From: Macrostomum lignano
Lineage: Eukaryota
Assembly (NCBI GenBank): GCA_002269645.1
Contig: NIVC01000862.1
Span: forward strand, 124,001 to 188,000
Reading direction: 5' to 3'
Length of the DNA: 64,000 bases
Positions 14,901-27,400 of this stretch are shown here, piece by piece. The notes beneath the pieces are model-generated. The model made no database searches and was not told where the DNA came from. It saw nothing but the letters and a program-made list of their open reading frames with translations. How positions within the stretch are numbered: the first letter of the stretch is position 1; each line of letters opens with the position of its first letter. A program made the translations under genes and the position numbers.

Positions 14901-17900
14901 TAATCCCAAACCAGGCTTTTCAGCTCTTTCTCATACAGCTGCTTTCTGCATGCAATTTCAGAGCATCGAGTTCCAAGCAGTTGTAACGCGCAACGAGACT
15001 CACTCATACGCCATATTTAACTACGGCGACTTCCACCTGCCTGTGCCGAGAATCTTCAACCCGAGCTCTCAAATATGGGACCTGAAGGCATTCTCAGGAT
15101 TCACGGATAATTTATTCGTTCAAGAAGAGCTGTCATTGAGCCGGAGCCCGGACTGGCCCGAGCTGCCCAACCTGAGTCCCGGAAGTTCGGGAAGACCCGG
15201 ACGTCACGTGCTGCAGCTCAGCATCGAGCAAAATGGTACATCTGAGTGCGGCAGTTGGATCGCAGCCGCCAGAGCCAACCAGAGCAGCCCTGTCTTTCCA
15301 GGCTGCTCCGACTGCCCTACTGATTTTCGCACGGCAGTCCTTGACAGGCGGTACAGTCCGTACGAGCTTGAGTGCTCCGGTGACAGCATCCGGATGTGCT
15401 TCAGCAACACCAGCTACCAGTGCGTTCAGAGCTTCACAGGCAGCAGTTCAAGCGGTTGTAAGCCGGAAAATTCCTGGAGATGCGAGCTTGAGAACTGCCG
15501 TCACCTGGTGTCGACTAGGTGCTGCTACAGAATGTCATCGACAGATGCTGGTAGCAAAATCAGTCAGCTGTGCCGTAGAAGTCAGTCCCTCGGGAAGGTG
15601 AGAGCTGTCCTGCGATGGATCATGTTCGACATGCCACCCAGTGAGTCAGAAATCAAGCATTGAAGAGTTGAATAAGTTGAAGCTGATTCAAACATTATCA
15701 AGTTTTAGTTCACTAAATAAAAAACATCATCATTTGCAGCTGGCCACCTCATCAGCAGCAGCCCAGACGGCGCCGGACACGCAAGGTACTTCTATCGGCG
15801 CAGGACGAATGATAGCATTCAATTTGGCTACGGATCTCCGCAGTATCAAAGTGAATTGAACGGCCTAAGAGTCTGCTCAGCGGCCGGAATGATGGCCGCT
15901 TATTCTACCGTAAGACCCATGTGCACCAGCGAGAACTACCTGCCACCAGCGGGAGGTAACTGCTTTGTTGTAACTGTAGCTCTGAGTACCATATTTTGAA
16001 TAGTTTCAATAATGAATTCACTCTTGGCGGCTACTGGTGGCTCAACTGCTGTAGATCACTTACAAGCATCAAACCAAAACCTGAGCAACTAAGCATCAAA
16101 CCAAAACCTGAGCAACTGAGCATCAAACCGAAACCTGAGCAACTAAGCATCAAACCAAAACCTGAGCAACTGAGCATCAAACCAAAACCTGAGCAACTGA
16201 GCATCAAACCAAAACCTGAGCAACTGAGCATCAAACCAAAACCTGAGCAACTGAGCATCAAACCAAAACCTGAGCAACTGAGCATCAAACCAAACCTTAA
16301 CAACTAAGCATCAAACCAAAACCTAACCAACTAAGCATCAAAACAAAACCTGAGCAACTAAGCATCAAACCAAAACCTAACCAACTAAGCATCAAACCAA
16401 AACCTGAGCAACTAAGCATCAAACCAAAACCTGAGCAACTAAGCATCAAACCAAAACCTGAGCAACTAAGCATCAAACCAAAACCTGAGCAACTAAGCAT
16501 CAAACCAAAACCTGAGCAACTAAGCATCAAACCAAAACCTAAGCAGCTAGGCATCAAACCAAACCTTAACGACTAAGCATCAAACCAAAACCTAACCAGC
16601 TAAGCACCAAAACAAAACCTGAGCAACTAAGCACCAAACCATAACCTAAGCAACTAAGCATCAAACCAAAACCTCAGCAACTAAGCATCAAACCAAAACC
16701 TGAGCAACTAAGCATCAAACCAAAGCCTGAGCAACTAAGCATCAAACCGATCAATCAACCTCCGATCTCCAGGCTTCAACCGAGGCGACCCCCACCTGAG
16801 CACGCTCTCGAACCGCAGCTACACATTCAACGGTCACTGCGAGTACCAACTGCTCACCAGCGAGCGGTGGCCGAACTCACCGACGCTGCGGCTGCAAGCG
16901 CGCACCGCGCCAGTCAGCGGTGGAGCCGCCACGGCCTTCGTCGGCGTCGCGCTGAAGTCCGGCCTCAACGAGCTGGCCGTGTCGGTGATCCGCAACGAAA
17001 GCTCCGACGACCTCGACGTCTTCAGCAGCGACGGACGTCGGATCGGCAGCGTCAGGGGCGAGCTGGCGGCGCTGAGCAACGCGAGCAGACTGGACAGCTA
17101 CCGGCTGGAGGTCCCCGACAACAGCACCATCGACATTGTCGACGAGTCTACCGGCGTCAGCGTCACCGTTACCATGGAGACGAGCTCGCTCAGAGTCGGC
17201 GTTCAACTGGACTTGGCAGGAAAATACCCGAGCGGACTGGACGGGTTGCTAGGCAACAGCAATGCGAGCGGATTCAGACTGAGAAACGGCAGCGTCCTGC
17301 CAGCTAACAGCTCCGAGAGGCAGCTGTTTGAGTTCGGGAACAGCTGGAGACTCAACAGCTCAGAGCCGAGCTACCTGCACTACCCGGCTGGCAAGGGCCG
17401 AGCTGACTTCTGCGATCCCAGCTTCGTGCCAGTCTTTGCCGAGGACTTCAAGGACAACATGCTGGCGCTGTTCGGCGGGAACGCGGGGCTCAAGAACGCT
17501 TCGGAAGAGGTGAGTAGAGAGGATGGGTAGAAGTTAAGAAGTCCCAATGTGAAACTAGAGTACCTGGAAGGAAGTGACAACAAAATGACATTGAATGTGA
17601 CCTGATGTAGATTCATAAGGTCCGCTGACCCTTGAAAGGAAAGGTTCCTGTGAGACGGTCATGATCCCATTCTGCTAACGAACTAAAAAATCTTAATTCG
17701 GTAAAATAGCGCTGAAATCTCGACCTTCGTGAGATGGCTCTTCGATTTCCTGAACAAATGAATAGGTGACCCAATCGAGAAGCACCCTCGATACCCTCCT
17801 TAATAAGGAAGTTGAAAGTTGTTGCATTTCAGGCTAAACATCGTGCATGGATCCCTCACTGCTGTCGCTTTGCCCTGGCAGGTGTGCCGCAGCTCCGGCT

Positions 17901-19512
17901 CCTCCTACCTCACCTGCATGTTCGACGCCGCTCAGCTTCGCTCGGTCGCAGCCGCTCAAGACGCGGCCGTCGCCATTCGAGACGAGACTCGAACTCGGGT
18001 CGTCCTGGCCAACCGACCACCGCAGTTCGTGAGCGCCCCGAGCCAGCTGCGAGTGAACGGCAGCAACAGCGTCGGTGTCACCTTCTCCGTGACGGATCCC
18101 GACGGCGCCTCACCGAATGTCACCGTGCTGGAGGCCGTCGGGGGGACCGCGAAGCTGGAGGCTGGGACCAGCAGCAGCTGGCAGCTCGTGTGGCAGCCCG
18201 TCGACAACTGGCAAGGCGACATCAAACTGCAGCTGGTGGCGGTGGACGAGGTCGGAGCCGTCACGGTGTGGACTCCCAAGATTGTGGTGTGTGACTGCGG
18301 GAGCAGGGGCCGCTGCTGTCCTGACTGCGGCATTGCTGACGACACGGGTGAGTAGCTGACTGACTGACTGACTGACTGACTGACTGACTGACTGCATGAC
18401 TGACTGACTGACTGACTGAATGACTGACTGACTGACTGACTGACTGACTGACTGACTGACTGACTGACTGACTGACTGACTGACTGACTGAATGACTGAC
18501 TGACTGACTGACTGACTGACTGACTGACTGACTGACTGACTGACTGACTGACTGACTGACTGACTGACTGACTGACTGACTGACTGACTGACTGACTGAC
18601 TGACTGACTGACTGACTGACTGACTGACTGACTGACTGACTGACTGACTGACTGACTGACTGACTGACTGACTGACTGACTGACTGACTGACTGACTGAC
18701 TGACTGACTGACTGACTGACTGACTGACTGACTGACTGACTGACTGACTGACTGACTGACTGACTGACTGACTGACTGACTGACTGACTGACTGACTGAC
18801 TGACTGACTGACTGACTGACTGACTGACTGACTGACTGACTGACTGACTGACTGACTGACTGACTGACTGACTGACTGACTGACTGACTGACTGACTGAC
18901 TGACTGACTGACTGACTGACTGACTGACTGACTGACTGACTGACTGACTGACTGACTGACTGACTGACTGACTGACTGACTGACTGACTGACTGACTGAC
19001 TGACTGACTGACTGACTGACTGACTGACTGACTGACTGACTGACTGACTGACTGACTTGAGTGAGTGGGTGACTGACTGACTGACTGACTGACTGACTGA
19101 CTGACTGACTGACTGACTGACTGACTGACTGACTGACTGACTCACTGACTCACCCCCTCACCCGTAACCATTGCAGCTTACTATCACCGTGAAGAGTGCA
19201 AGTGCGATCTGGGATTCACGGGACCCCAGTGCGAGCAGGCAGTGAAAATCTGTCTGACATCTGACTGCCAGGAGCCGCAGGGTGAGCAGCTGCTCAGTAA
19301 ATTACCAGATTGCAAGATGTTCGAGAAACTGAACAAATTATTTTCCTAAACTCTCCGCTTCAGACAAAGGGGATGAAGAGGATGGCAGAGTCGATGACAG
19401 GTGGTCAGGAGTTTTCAGGGTGGGCAGGTCGGTGCACGGGAGGTCCGCCTTCACCGCCACTGTCGGTGCCGTGACGTCACTGGTGCTTCTGTCGGCACGG
19501 CTAATAAACTGA
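5937..19512 (+). CDS. Multi-exon MUC4/SUSD2/Mesh-like extracellular protein (EGF, NIDO, AMOP-like, VWD, EGF, hydrophobic C-terminus); 5' end probably outside the window
   Basis: Phase-compatible GT-AG exons traced by hand: 5937-6176, 6295-6333, 10441-10539, 10645-10764, 10841-10953, 11134-11553, 11955-12573, 12734-12949, 13182-13292, 13395-13514, 13593-13705, 13869-14297, 14962-15580, 15740-15955, 16773-17509, 17882-18347, 19177-19281, 19364-19512. Motifs: EGF CFNGGNC..C.C..GYAG; EGF-Ca DVNEC..C.N..GSF.C.C; NIDO VSNYGAISF..VVAPYW and EFQAVVTRNETHSYAIFNYGD; VWD RGDPHLSTL..YTFNGHCEY and GLLGN. The donors at 12573 and 15580 are the least certain. Confidence 0.85.
7000..9110 (+). mobile_element. 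Degenerate non-LTR retrotransposon (RTE-like LINE: APE endonuclease + reverse transcriptase fragments), intronic
   Basis: APE-like GGIGFQVSPAAYTELLDIKFPSERL (~7360-7440). RT segment GRSTTEQVATIRSVIEACK..IIFVDFRKAFD (~8065-8180) and KYADDIALL (~8452-8480), broken by frameshifts and stops. Ends in a GACT/GCCT simple-repeat tail (~9077-9105). Boundaries are approximate. Confidence 0.8.
7786..7967. repeat. 13-bp tandem array (CTGGACAACCAGT x14) inside the LINE
   Basis: Read directly. Confidence 0.95.
10280..12960 (+). repeat. Copy 1 of an intragenic tandem duplication (six exons: EGF, EGF-Ca, NIDO x2, NIDO/AMOP, AMOP)
   Basis: Exons and flanking intron segments align by eye with 13030-15965. 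Exon lengths match (120/120, 113/113, 619/619, 216/216). Confidence 0.9.
13030..15965 (+). repeat. Copy 2 of the intragenic EGF-EGF-NIDO-AMOP duplication
   Basis: Same exon order and splice phases as copy 1, with diverged introns and many amino-acid substitutions. Confidence 0.9.
16064..16749. repeat. 27-bp intronic minisatellite (AAGCATCAAACCAAAACCTGAGCAACT)
   Basis: Read directly. Ends ~23 bp before the VWD exon acceptor. Confidence 0.95.
18356..19149. repeat. (GACT)n microsatellite filling an intron
   Basis: Read directly. Starts just after the donor at 18348. Confidence 0.98.
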
Positions 19513-20451
19513 GCGACGCTTTGATCTAGAATGAAAAATTGAAAAACTTACGACAAGAAAACACTGTGTGAAGTTTCTTTAATTACACTCAGTGTGTTCC
19601 ATATTTATTCAGATTACACTGCACATGTTTATTACATTAATTTAATTTTTATTCAGCTCCTACCAGTGTTATCAAACAAAAAAATGTTTTAGTGAAGATA
19701 CAGACACGGTTAAAGTACAAGCATAGATCGTATATTCTCCAGATTGGGCCTAAAATTCCTATGCAGTTTTTAGCCATGTTTTCTAATGTTGAAACGTTTT
19801 CTTCAAGTTTGCTGCTTGTTTGTTTTTTTTCTTTTTGTTACCGTTTTCTTGCTTGCTTTTTAATCGCAGTAGTTTATCCTTCATTTGTTTGTTTCAACGG
19901 TTTTTTAACCCAGGCGACTGCGTCATGGCCAAAAAGGCATGCACTTATCGCTCAAGCTACTGAACTTAAACTATAAGTAGACAGTGGTTGCTAAAGCTTA
20001 CACGAAATACATTAGGGTCTATAGGGGCGCCTAAGTACACGGAGAGGACCATCTAGGGAATGTATGATCTATGAGTACAGGTGTTTTTTAGCAGTCTGGT
20101 AGCCATGTACGCTGTAAATAAAACAATCTAATTAACTTTCTCTCTTGTTTTAGTTTTTCTAATTCCAATAATACAGTACTAAACATTTTTTCATTTTTTT
20201 TCTTCGTAAATCTGTTTTTTTAGCCGTAGATAAGTAGTGAATTTTTTCAGCTGACAAAATATAAAGTGAGACGCCTTAAAAAGTCTTTATAGAGTGCATC
20301 ATTTACCTTGCTCTAACAACCACTAATTAGCAGATATTGACACCTGGATCAGTATCTCAATATTGATTTTTTAAAACGCTGGTCTTATTTTGGATACCAT
20401 AGCTATTGCCCCCGACAATATAGTTCTATAAGCGGCGTTCACCTTATCAAC

Positions 20452-20696
20452 AGTTTCTAGAGCAACGGTGTCCTTAGCTAAGGTTTCTATAGCAACAGTC
20501 TCTTTAGCTACGGTTTCTATAGCAACGGTGTCCTTAGCTACGGTTTCTATAGCAACAGTCTCTTTAGCTACGGTTTCTATAGCAACGGTGTCCTTAGCTA
20601 CGGTTTCTATAGCAGCGGTGTCTTTAGCTACGGTTTCTATAGCAACGGAGTCCTTAGCTACGGTTTCTATAGCAACGGTGGCCTTAGCTACAGTCT
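20452..20696. repeat. 30-bp minisatellite (CGGTTTCTATAGCAACGGTGTCCTTAGCTA-like)
   Basis: Read directly. Confidence 0.9.
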
Positions 20697-20842
20697 CCCT
20701 AGTTAAAAAGTATATAGCAACAACTGCCCTATACTCGTCTTAGTGTATCATAGAGCACTACCGTTAAAAATATGCAAAACTGCAAAAGTTATACATGAAA
20801 TCTCTATAGAAATAATATTTTGAGATTGAGCACCGGTATTTA

Positions 20843-23800
20843 TCAAATGATTGTATTTCCCTCCGTGAACACGCTGGCGTTCATTCGCCTGAACTGGTCC
20901 TGCCTCCTAGACCGGTTGTAGATGGCCTTCAGCATGCTGGTGTTGATGCCCGCCATGGACCAGTAGAAGCCGCACTGGAAGAACGACAGGAACAGCTGGA
21001 ATTCAAGTGTTGCGATTCCAGTGTGAGAGTCATTTGGTACTGGTGCGTGTCTTTGGCAAGGGAGTGACGTTTGCGAATTCGGAGCAGGCTCACGTCCACC
21101 ACTTCAGGGCAGGCTCACGTCCACCACTTCAGGGCAGGCTCACATCCTACACTTCAGGCAGCCTCACACCATTTCAGGACCGGCTCACATCATACAATTC
21201 AGGGCCGGCTCACATCCTACACTTCAGGGCAGGCTCACATCCTACACTTCAGGCAGCCTCACACCATTTCAGGGCCGGCTCACATCCTACACTTCAGGCA
21301 GCCTCACACTATTTCAGGGCCGGCTCACATCCTACACTTCAGGGCAGGCTCACATCCTACACTTCAGGCAGCCTCACATCCTACACTTCAGGCAGCCTCA
21401 CACCATTTCAAGTCCGGCTCACATCCTACACTTCAGGCAGCCTCACACCATTTCAGGGCCGGCTCACATCCTACACTTCAGGGCCGGCTCACATCCTAAA
21501 CTTCAGGGCAGGCTCACATCCTACACTTCAGGGCAGGCTCATGCCCTCCGCTTCACCCCCTCCATTTCAGAACTAACACATTCCACTTTAGGACAGGCTC
21601 ACACCCTCCACTCCAGCCAAGACCAATCCATACTTCAGCCAGTTGGCAGCCCTGCTAACAGTTCCAGAACAAACACTACCGATAACCCCAGCTCACGTAG
21701 ATAAACGATCGCCATTTTATCGCCTCCAAGTAGTTCTCGTTAGTTTTGCGAACATCTGCAGCCAAAGTTGGCAGCACCAGGTGAAACAGCAGGTAAGTGA
21801 TTAGCGAGCAGATCAGGTGCACGGTGGACAAGAATGCCGACGGTATCAGTAGCGCCAGTCGGCCGATGAACCTCGTCGTGGAGGACCTCCGATGCAGCCG
21901 CTGTCGCATGATTTTCGCGTCGGGTTTGTCGCCAGAATTTTCGCCCGAAGCGGCGGCGGCGGCTGCTGAAGCGGTGGCGGGCTGCTTCCGCTGGTTGGTC
22001 TGCTTCTTGTCAGAATCCTTCGGCATCAGCAGGGAGAGCAGCTGGCGTCGCTTGCGCTGAAGCAGGCACAGCTCTACCAGGAACATGGCGCAGAACAGCA
22101 GGCCGAATGACAGCACCGTCATGTCCTGCACCTGCGGTTCGGCGGGGTGCGCTGTGTGCAGCGGTTTGTCCTGACTTGCCAGGTTACAGAATCTGACACC
22201 CAATTACAGCATCTGACACCTCTTCACAGCATCCGGCATCTAATTACAGCATCTGACATCCATTATTAGAGCATTTGACACCCTATTACAGCATCTGACA
22301 CCCCATTACAGCATCTGACACCCCATTACAGTATTTGAAACCCAGTTACAACATCTGTCACCCAATTACAGCATCTGACACCCCATTATAGCATTTGACA
22401 CCCGCATTACAGCATCTGACACCCCATTACAGTATCTGACACCCAATTACAGCATCTGACACCCAATTACAGCATCTGACACCCAATTACAGCATCTGAC
22501 ACCTCTTCACAGCATCCGGCATCTAATTACAGCATCTGACATCCATTATTAGAGCATTTGACACCCTATTACAGCATCTGACACCCAATTACAGCATCTG
22601 ACACCCCATTACAGCATCTGACACCCCATTACAGTATTTGAAACCCAGTTACAACATCTGTCACCCAATTACAGCATCTGACACCCCATTATAGCATTTG
22701 ACACCCGCATTACAGCATCTGACACCCCATTACAGTATCTGACACCCAGTTACAACATCTGTCACCCTATTATAGCATCTGAAACCCCATTACAGCATCT
22801 GGACACGCGCATTACAGCATCTGACACCCCATTACAGCATCTTGACACCTGCAATACAGCATCTGACACCCAATTACAGCATATGACACCCAATTACAGC
22901 ATCTGACACCCAATTACAGCATCTGACACCCAATTACAGCATATGACACCCAATTACAGCATCTGACATCCAATTACAGCATCTGACACCCAATTACAGA
23001 ATCTGACATACAATTACAGCATCTGACACCCAATTACAGAATCTGACATACAATTACAGAATCTGACATACAATTACAGCATCTGACACCCAATTACAGA
23101 ATCTGACATACAATTACAGCATCTGACACCCAATTACAGAATCTGACATCCAATTACAGCATCTGACATCCAATTACAGCATCTGACATCTAATTACAGC
23201 ATCTGACATCCAATTACAGCATCTGACATCCAATTGCAGCATCTGACACCCAATTGCAGCATCTGACACCCAATTGCAGCATCTGACACCCAATTACAGC
23301 ATCTGACACCCAATTGCAGCATCTGACACCCAATTGCAGCATCTGACACCCAATTGCAGCATCTGACACCCAATTGCAGCATCTGACACCCAATTACAGC
23401 ATCTGACACCCAATTGCAGCATCTGACACCCAATTGCAGCATCTGACACCCAATTGCAGCATCTGACACCCAATTGCAGCATCTGACACCCAATTGCAGC
23501 ATCTGACACCCAATTACAGCATCTGACACCCAATTGCAGCATCTGACAACCCTTGAACTGTATTGACATTGACACGCCTTTTATTTACAGCAATTTTCAT
23601 CTACGATCCATTATCCAATGGAAGCATCTGGCATAAATTACCTACCTGATTAGTTTACAGAATAAAGCTACTAGCCCTACAATCAAATGGCTGCATATAA
23701 ATGTAGATAGCAACAGGCACAGCAGCTCACTAAGAGCTTCCCACTACTCACATTGGTCAGATAGCAGACGGCCGCAATTTCGTTATGAATCGCTGACAGA

Positions 23801-26305
23801 GGATTTTGGATGTCCTCGGCGAAGAACCAGCGACTGATCAAGCTGAAGCAGGCCTTACCGCAGATCTTGAACATGGGCCTCAGCATGAACACGTGAATGA
23901 CCACCAGCAGTGCGTAGCAAGTCACGGAGGTCACGGTCAGCAGTAGGCGAAAACCTTGATTAAAAATCATGTTGAAGTCCACCTTAGCTAAGCGTAATAG
24001 AAACATCTTGCAGACCGATTAATTGTCTATACTCGAATTACCTGGCTAATTAAGTAATTAAAGTCGGCTTATCTTAGCTAGATAAAGATAATTATATAGT
24101 ATAAATAAAATTGTTCTTCATGACACTTTCTCAGGCAGATCGCGGGTGAAATCGTTAATTGGTCTATGGGCTTGCAGATATAATAATTATACTATAGAGG
24201 TGAAATTCAGCTGGTTAGGTATTGAAGACCCCCAACTCAACACTGGCGTTTTGTGGACAGTAAATTTATTTAAAGCTATGAATTTTATTCATAAAAATTT
24301 TGTGACGAAATGTAATAATACGACGTAATAATAGTAATTATTATTTTTAAAAGTGCAAACCCCGAGAGCTGTTTTTGAAATATTATTTGAGGCGAACTAA
24401 TTAGCTCGTGCTCCAACATAAAGCATCAGGGCAGTAGCATTATTGCTTGTGTCAGGTCTAGTACGACAATTTGCGCGGGTCCTGTTCTCGTAAGGAATCT
24501 TGGTCTCGCAGACTGTGAAAAGGTACGCTTTAATTTTGAATTGGAAATTGTAAAAACGCTCACACAGGGTGCAAAGCAAACCCCCCCCCGGTTAATTTTC
24601 GTGCACAAGTCCCTAGATCAATCGATCCATCAATAAATCAATTAATAAATCAATCAATCAATCAATCAATTTATCTATCCATCTACCTATCTATTTTTTT
24701 ATTATAGGCAGGGGGGTTGTGTGCACCCTGGCGCACTTTAAGCGACATGGGCACACAACCGGCGAGAGGCATTACTGCCCATTCCGCCGACTCCCCTGAG
24801 CAGGCATACAAGCGCGCGGATACGTACGCAGGCACACACTCACAGAGTGTACAGCGGCCCTAACTTTATATTATCGTTAGGCATGTACACTTCACTGGGC
24901 TTTGGGGGGTTGGCTCTCAAGGCCGTTAATTGCACGAGTAGAGCCAAGCCGAGATTCCAATTCAGCCCCAAATTAATGTGACTGCACTTGGAATCGAGCC
25001 TGGGTCGCTGGCACACCAGAGCCTGCGCTACCGCTGGGCTACGCCCCCCATCTACCTATCTATCCATCTATCTATATTTTTCTTATCGATGTTTTTCAGA
25101 AAAACAGAATTTCTACATTTTAAAGCACACAATGTACGATTTTATTTTTTTGTCATGAAACGATCACACGAAGCTAGCAGGGCGTTTCGACTTGAGAAAC
25201 TGCTACTGGACATATAAAGACACTGAGATAATATCAACCGCATGAGTATTTATCAGCGTAGATGATTTCAAAATTCAAAATGATCAAGTGAAATCGCTAC
25301 ATTTATTTTTTTATTTTAGTAAGAAATTTGTTTTTTGATCTTACAGCTAGAAGTTGCCCCGGCTCATGCAGTGAGACAACAAATCGACAGGCAGTTTGCA
25401 GCGCGTCAGAAAATATAATCAGTTTAGATAGCAAAGGAACGCTGGATTATTAGTAATGCTTTTGTAAAAGTTTGTTTTATTGTTTTTTACGTAGTGTGCA
25501 GCTATCGGACTTATTACAGACAGACAGACAGACAGACAGAGATAGACAGATACTAAGACAGACAGACAGACAGACAGACAAAGAGAATAGATAAACATCA
25601 TTATTTCTGGAGATTCACAAAGCCTCATATTTCTAAAGCCACAAGATCCGCAAGCATATTCAGAAACTTTAACTATCGAAAACCGTAATTTTCAGCATGA
25701 TTCAGCAAGCCAACAAAAGTACAACCTGAACTGTTATTATGCCCGCAAAAAAGTCGCAAAACTTACAACAGACACCTGATTAGTGTAGATCATAAAAAAT
25801 TGTACATCAGCAGCAATTTAAATCAATATTGTTGATCTAATCTACATGTAAGGCAACCTAAAATATGCAGCTTTGGAAATATAGAAGTAAACAGAAAGGC
25901 ACAAGCAGATCAGGGAACATGGGCTCAACTACAGGCAATAGCAAGTGTAAGCGACAGGCAGTCTCTACGCAAAGGCCAGCCTATGATAGATGAGACGGAG
26001 GGGTTTTGAAAAAAGTACCTGGACTGTGTTACCTCTGTGAACGACAGGAGTGACTTAAATGATACCCGCAACTGAGTTACCACTGTCACTGTTGCCAAAA
26101 TGAGATGCCGTTGGTTCTCCTTTGATCTCATAGTCTGAAAAGATACGAGAAAACTGATTGGGGTAGCTTTAATCCGTCCAACCCTCGCACACCGCTCCCC
26201 CACTCCATTCCTGAACTCAAGTCTGCCGTGGCGTAGCTGAGTTGCGTCACTCGCCAAGATTGAGAGAGACTTTACCTGCACTTCTGGAATCTTCTGTGAT
26301 GGCAA
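20843..26305 (-). CDS. Divergent multipass membrane protein, possibly 7TM/GPCR-like; multi-exon, 5' part uncertain
   Basis: Phase-compatible exons 23752-~23987, 21697-22131 and 20843-20995 (stop TGA). They give alternating hydrophobic helices and a long basic/low-complexity loop. A possible upstream exon lies within ORF 25925-26305 (TMRSKENQRHLILATVTVV). Confidence 0.55.
21086..21610. repeat. Composite ~22-44-bp intronic minisatellite (GGCTCACATCCTACACTTCAGGGC-like)
   Basis: Read directly. Confidence 0.9.
22190..23547. repeat. 20-bp intronic minisatellite (ACAGCATCTGACACCCAATT)
   Basis: Read directly. Confidence 0.97.
24695..25049 (-). mobile_element. tRNA-derived SINE with target-site duplication
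   Basis: Minus strand begins GGGGGCGTAGCCCAGCGGTAGCGC (A box) and contains GGCTCGATTCC (B box). It ends in an A-rich tail. Flanked by the direct repeat ATCTACCTATCTAT (24681-24694 and 25050-25063). Confidence 0.75.
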
Positions 26306-26817
26306 CTTTTCGATGTTGCTGAGTATAAACTACTAAAATTTCACATCATTTCAAAGTCCAAAAACTTTTGCAACACCCCTAAGAAAGCTAGTTAGTTAAG
26401 CTGACAAAAAAGCATTAATTACTTATTGCACAACCAAATTTCGAATGAGAAACAGTTGATGCAAAACAACTACTGACGAAGCGCAATTTCACCGACAGAG
26501 TACAAAATCGCAAATAACGTAAAAAAGGCATTGAAAAGTAAAAAATAAACTGAAAAACAAGACGGAATTAACAGAAGTTATCACTGACAGTAGCAATAAA
26601 TATAAAGGCCGGTTTTCTATTAAATACGGGCTGCTTAATTACAGCCAGTGCAATATCTATAAACTATAACAGAGTAAAAATTATAAATTGTTGTTGAATG
26701 CTTTGCAAAACCAATCGGCAATGCAGTGGGGATTCGAGTTAAAGCCACAGCCTGGGACGGAAAAGTCAGATTTTAAACTGGCATTGGACCTGTTTTGTGC
26801 GTTAGATAATTATAAAC

Positions 26818-27235
26818 ATTCTGTTAGACACAGGACTCTTAACCTGTTAGACACAGGACTCTTAACCTGTTAGACACAGGACTCTTAACCTGTTAGATAC
26901 AGGACTCATAACCTGTAGGATACATGACTCTTAACCTGTTAGATACAAGTCTAACCTGTTAGACACAAGTCTAACCTGTTAGACACAAGTCTAACCTGTC
27001 AGACACAAGTCTAACCTGTTAGACACAAGTCTAACCTGTTAGACACAAGTCTAACCTGTTAGACACAAGTCTAACCTGTTAGACACAAGTCTAACCTGTT
27101 AGACACAAGTCTAACCTGTTAGACACAAGTCTAACCTGTTAGACACAAGTCTAACCTGTCAGACACAAGTCCAACCTGTTAGACACAAGTCTAACCTGTT
27201 AGGTACAGGACTCGTAGCCTGTTAGAGACAGGACT
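26818..27235. repeat. 20/23-bp tandem array (CTAACCTGTTAGACACAAGT and related)
   Basis: Read directly. Confidence 0.93.
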
Positions 27236-27400
27236 CTTACAGAGAGTCTTACAGGGAGTCTTACAGGTGGCCTAAATTTTAACCAAAATCACATTTTTTC
27301 AAACACCCTTTCGCATTAGCCTACTCGATATCAGTAGAAATAAACGCTTATTTTGTTCTAATTAATAAATGTTTTTAAAAAAACACATTTCAATTCAGTG

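Noticed and set aside
18261-19145. 294-aa SVSQ-repeat ORF and other repeat-derived ORFs (16-16.5, 20.4-23.6, 30.5-32 kb)
   Set aside because: Artefacts of microsatellite or minisatellite periodicity within introns.
24980-25049. Possible tRNA gene
   Set aside because: Has A and B boxes but no convincing acceptor stem or anticodon arm. It is followed by a unique body and tail and flanked by a TSD, so a SINE head fits better.
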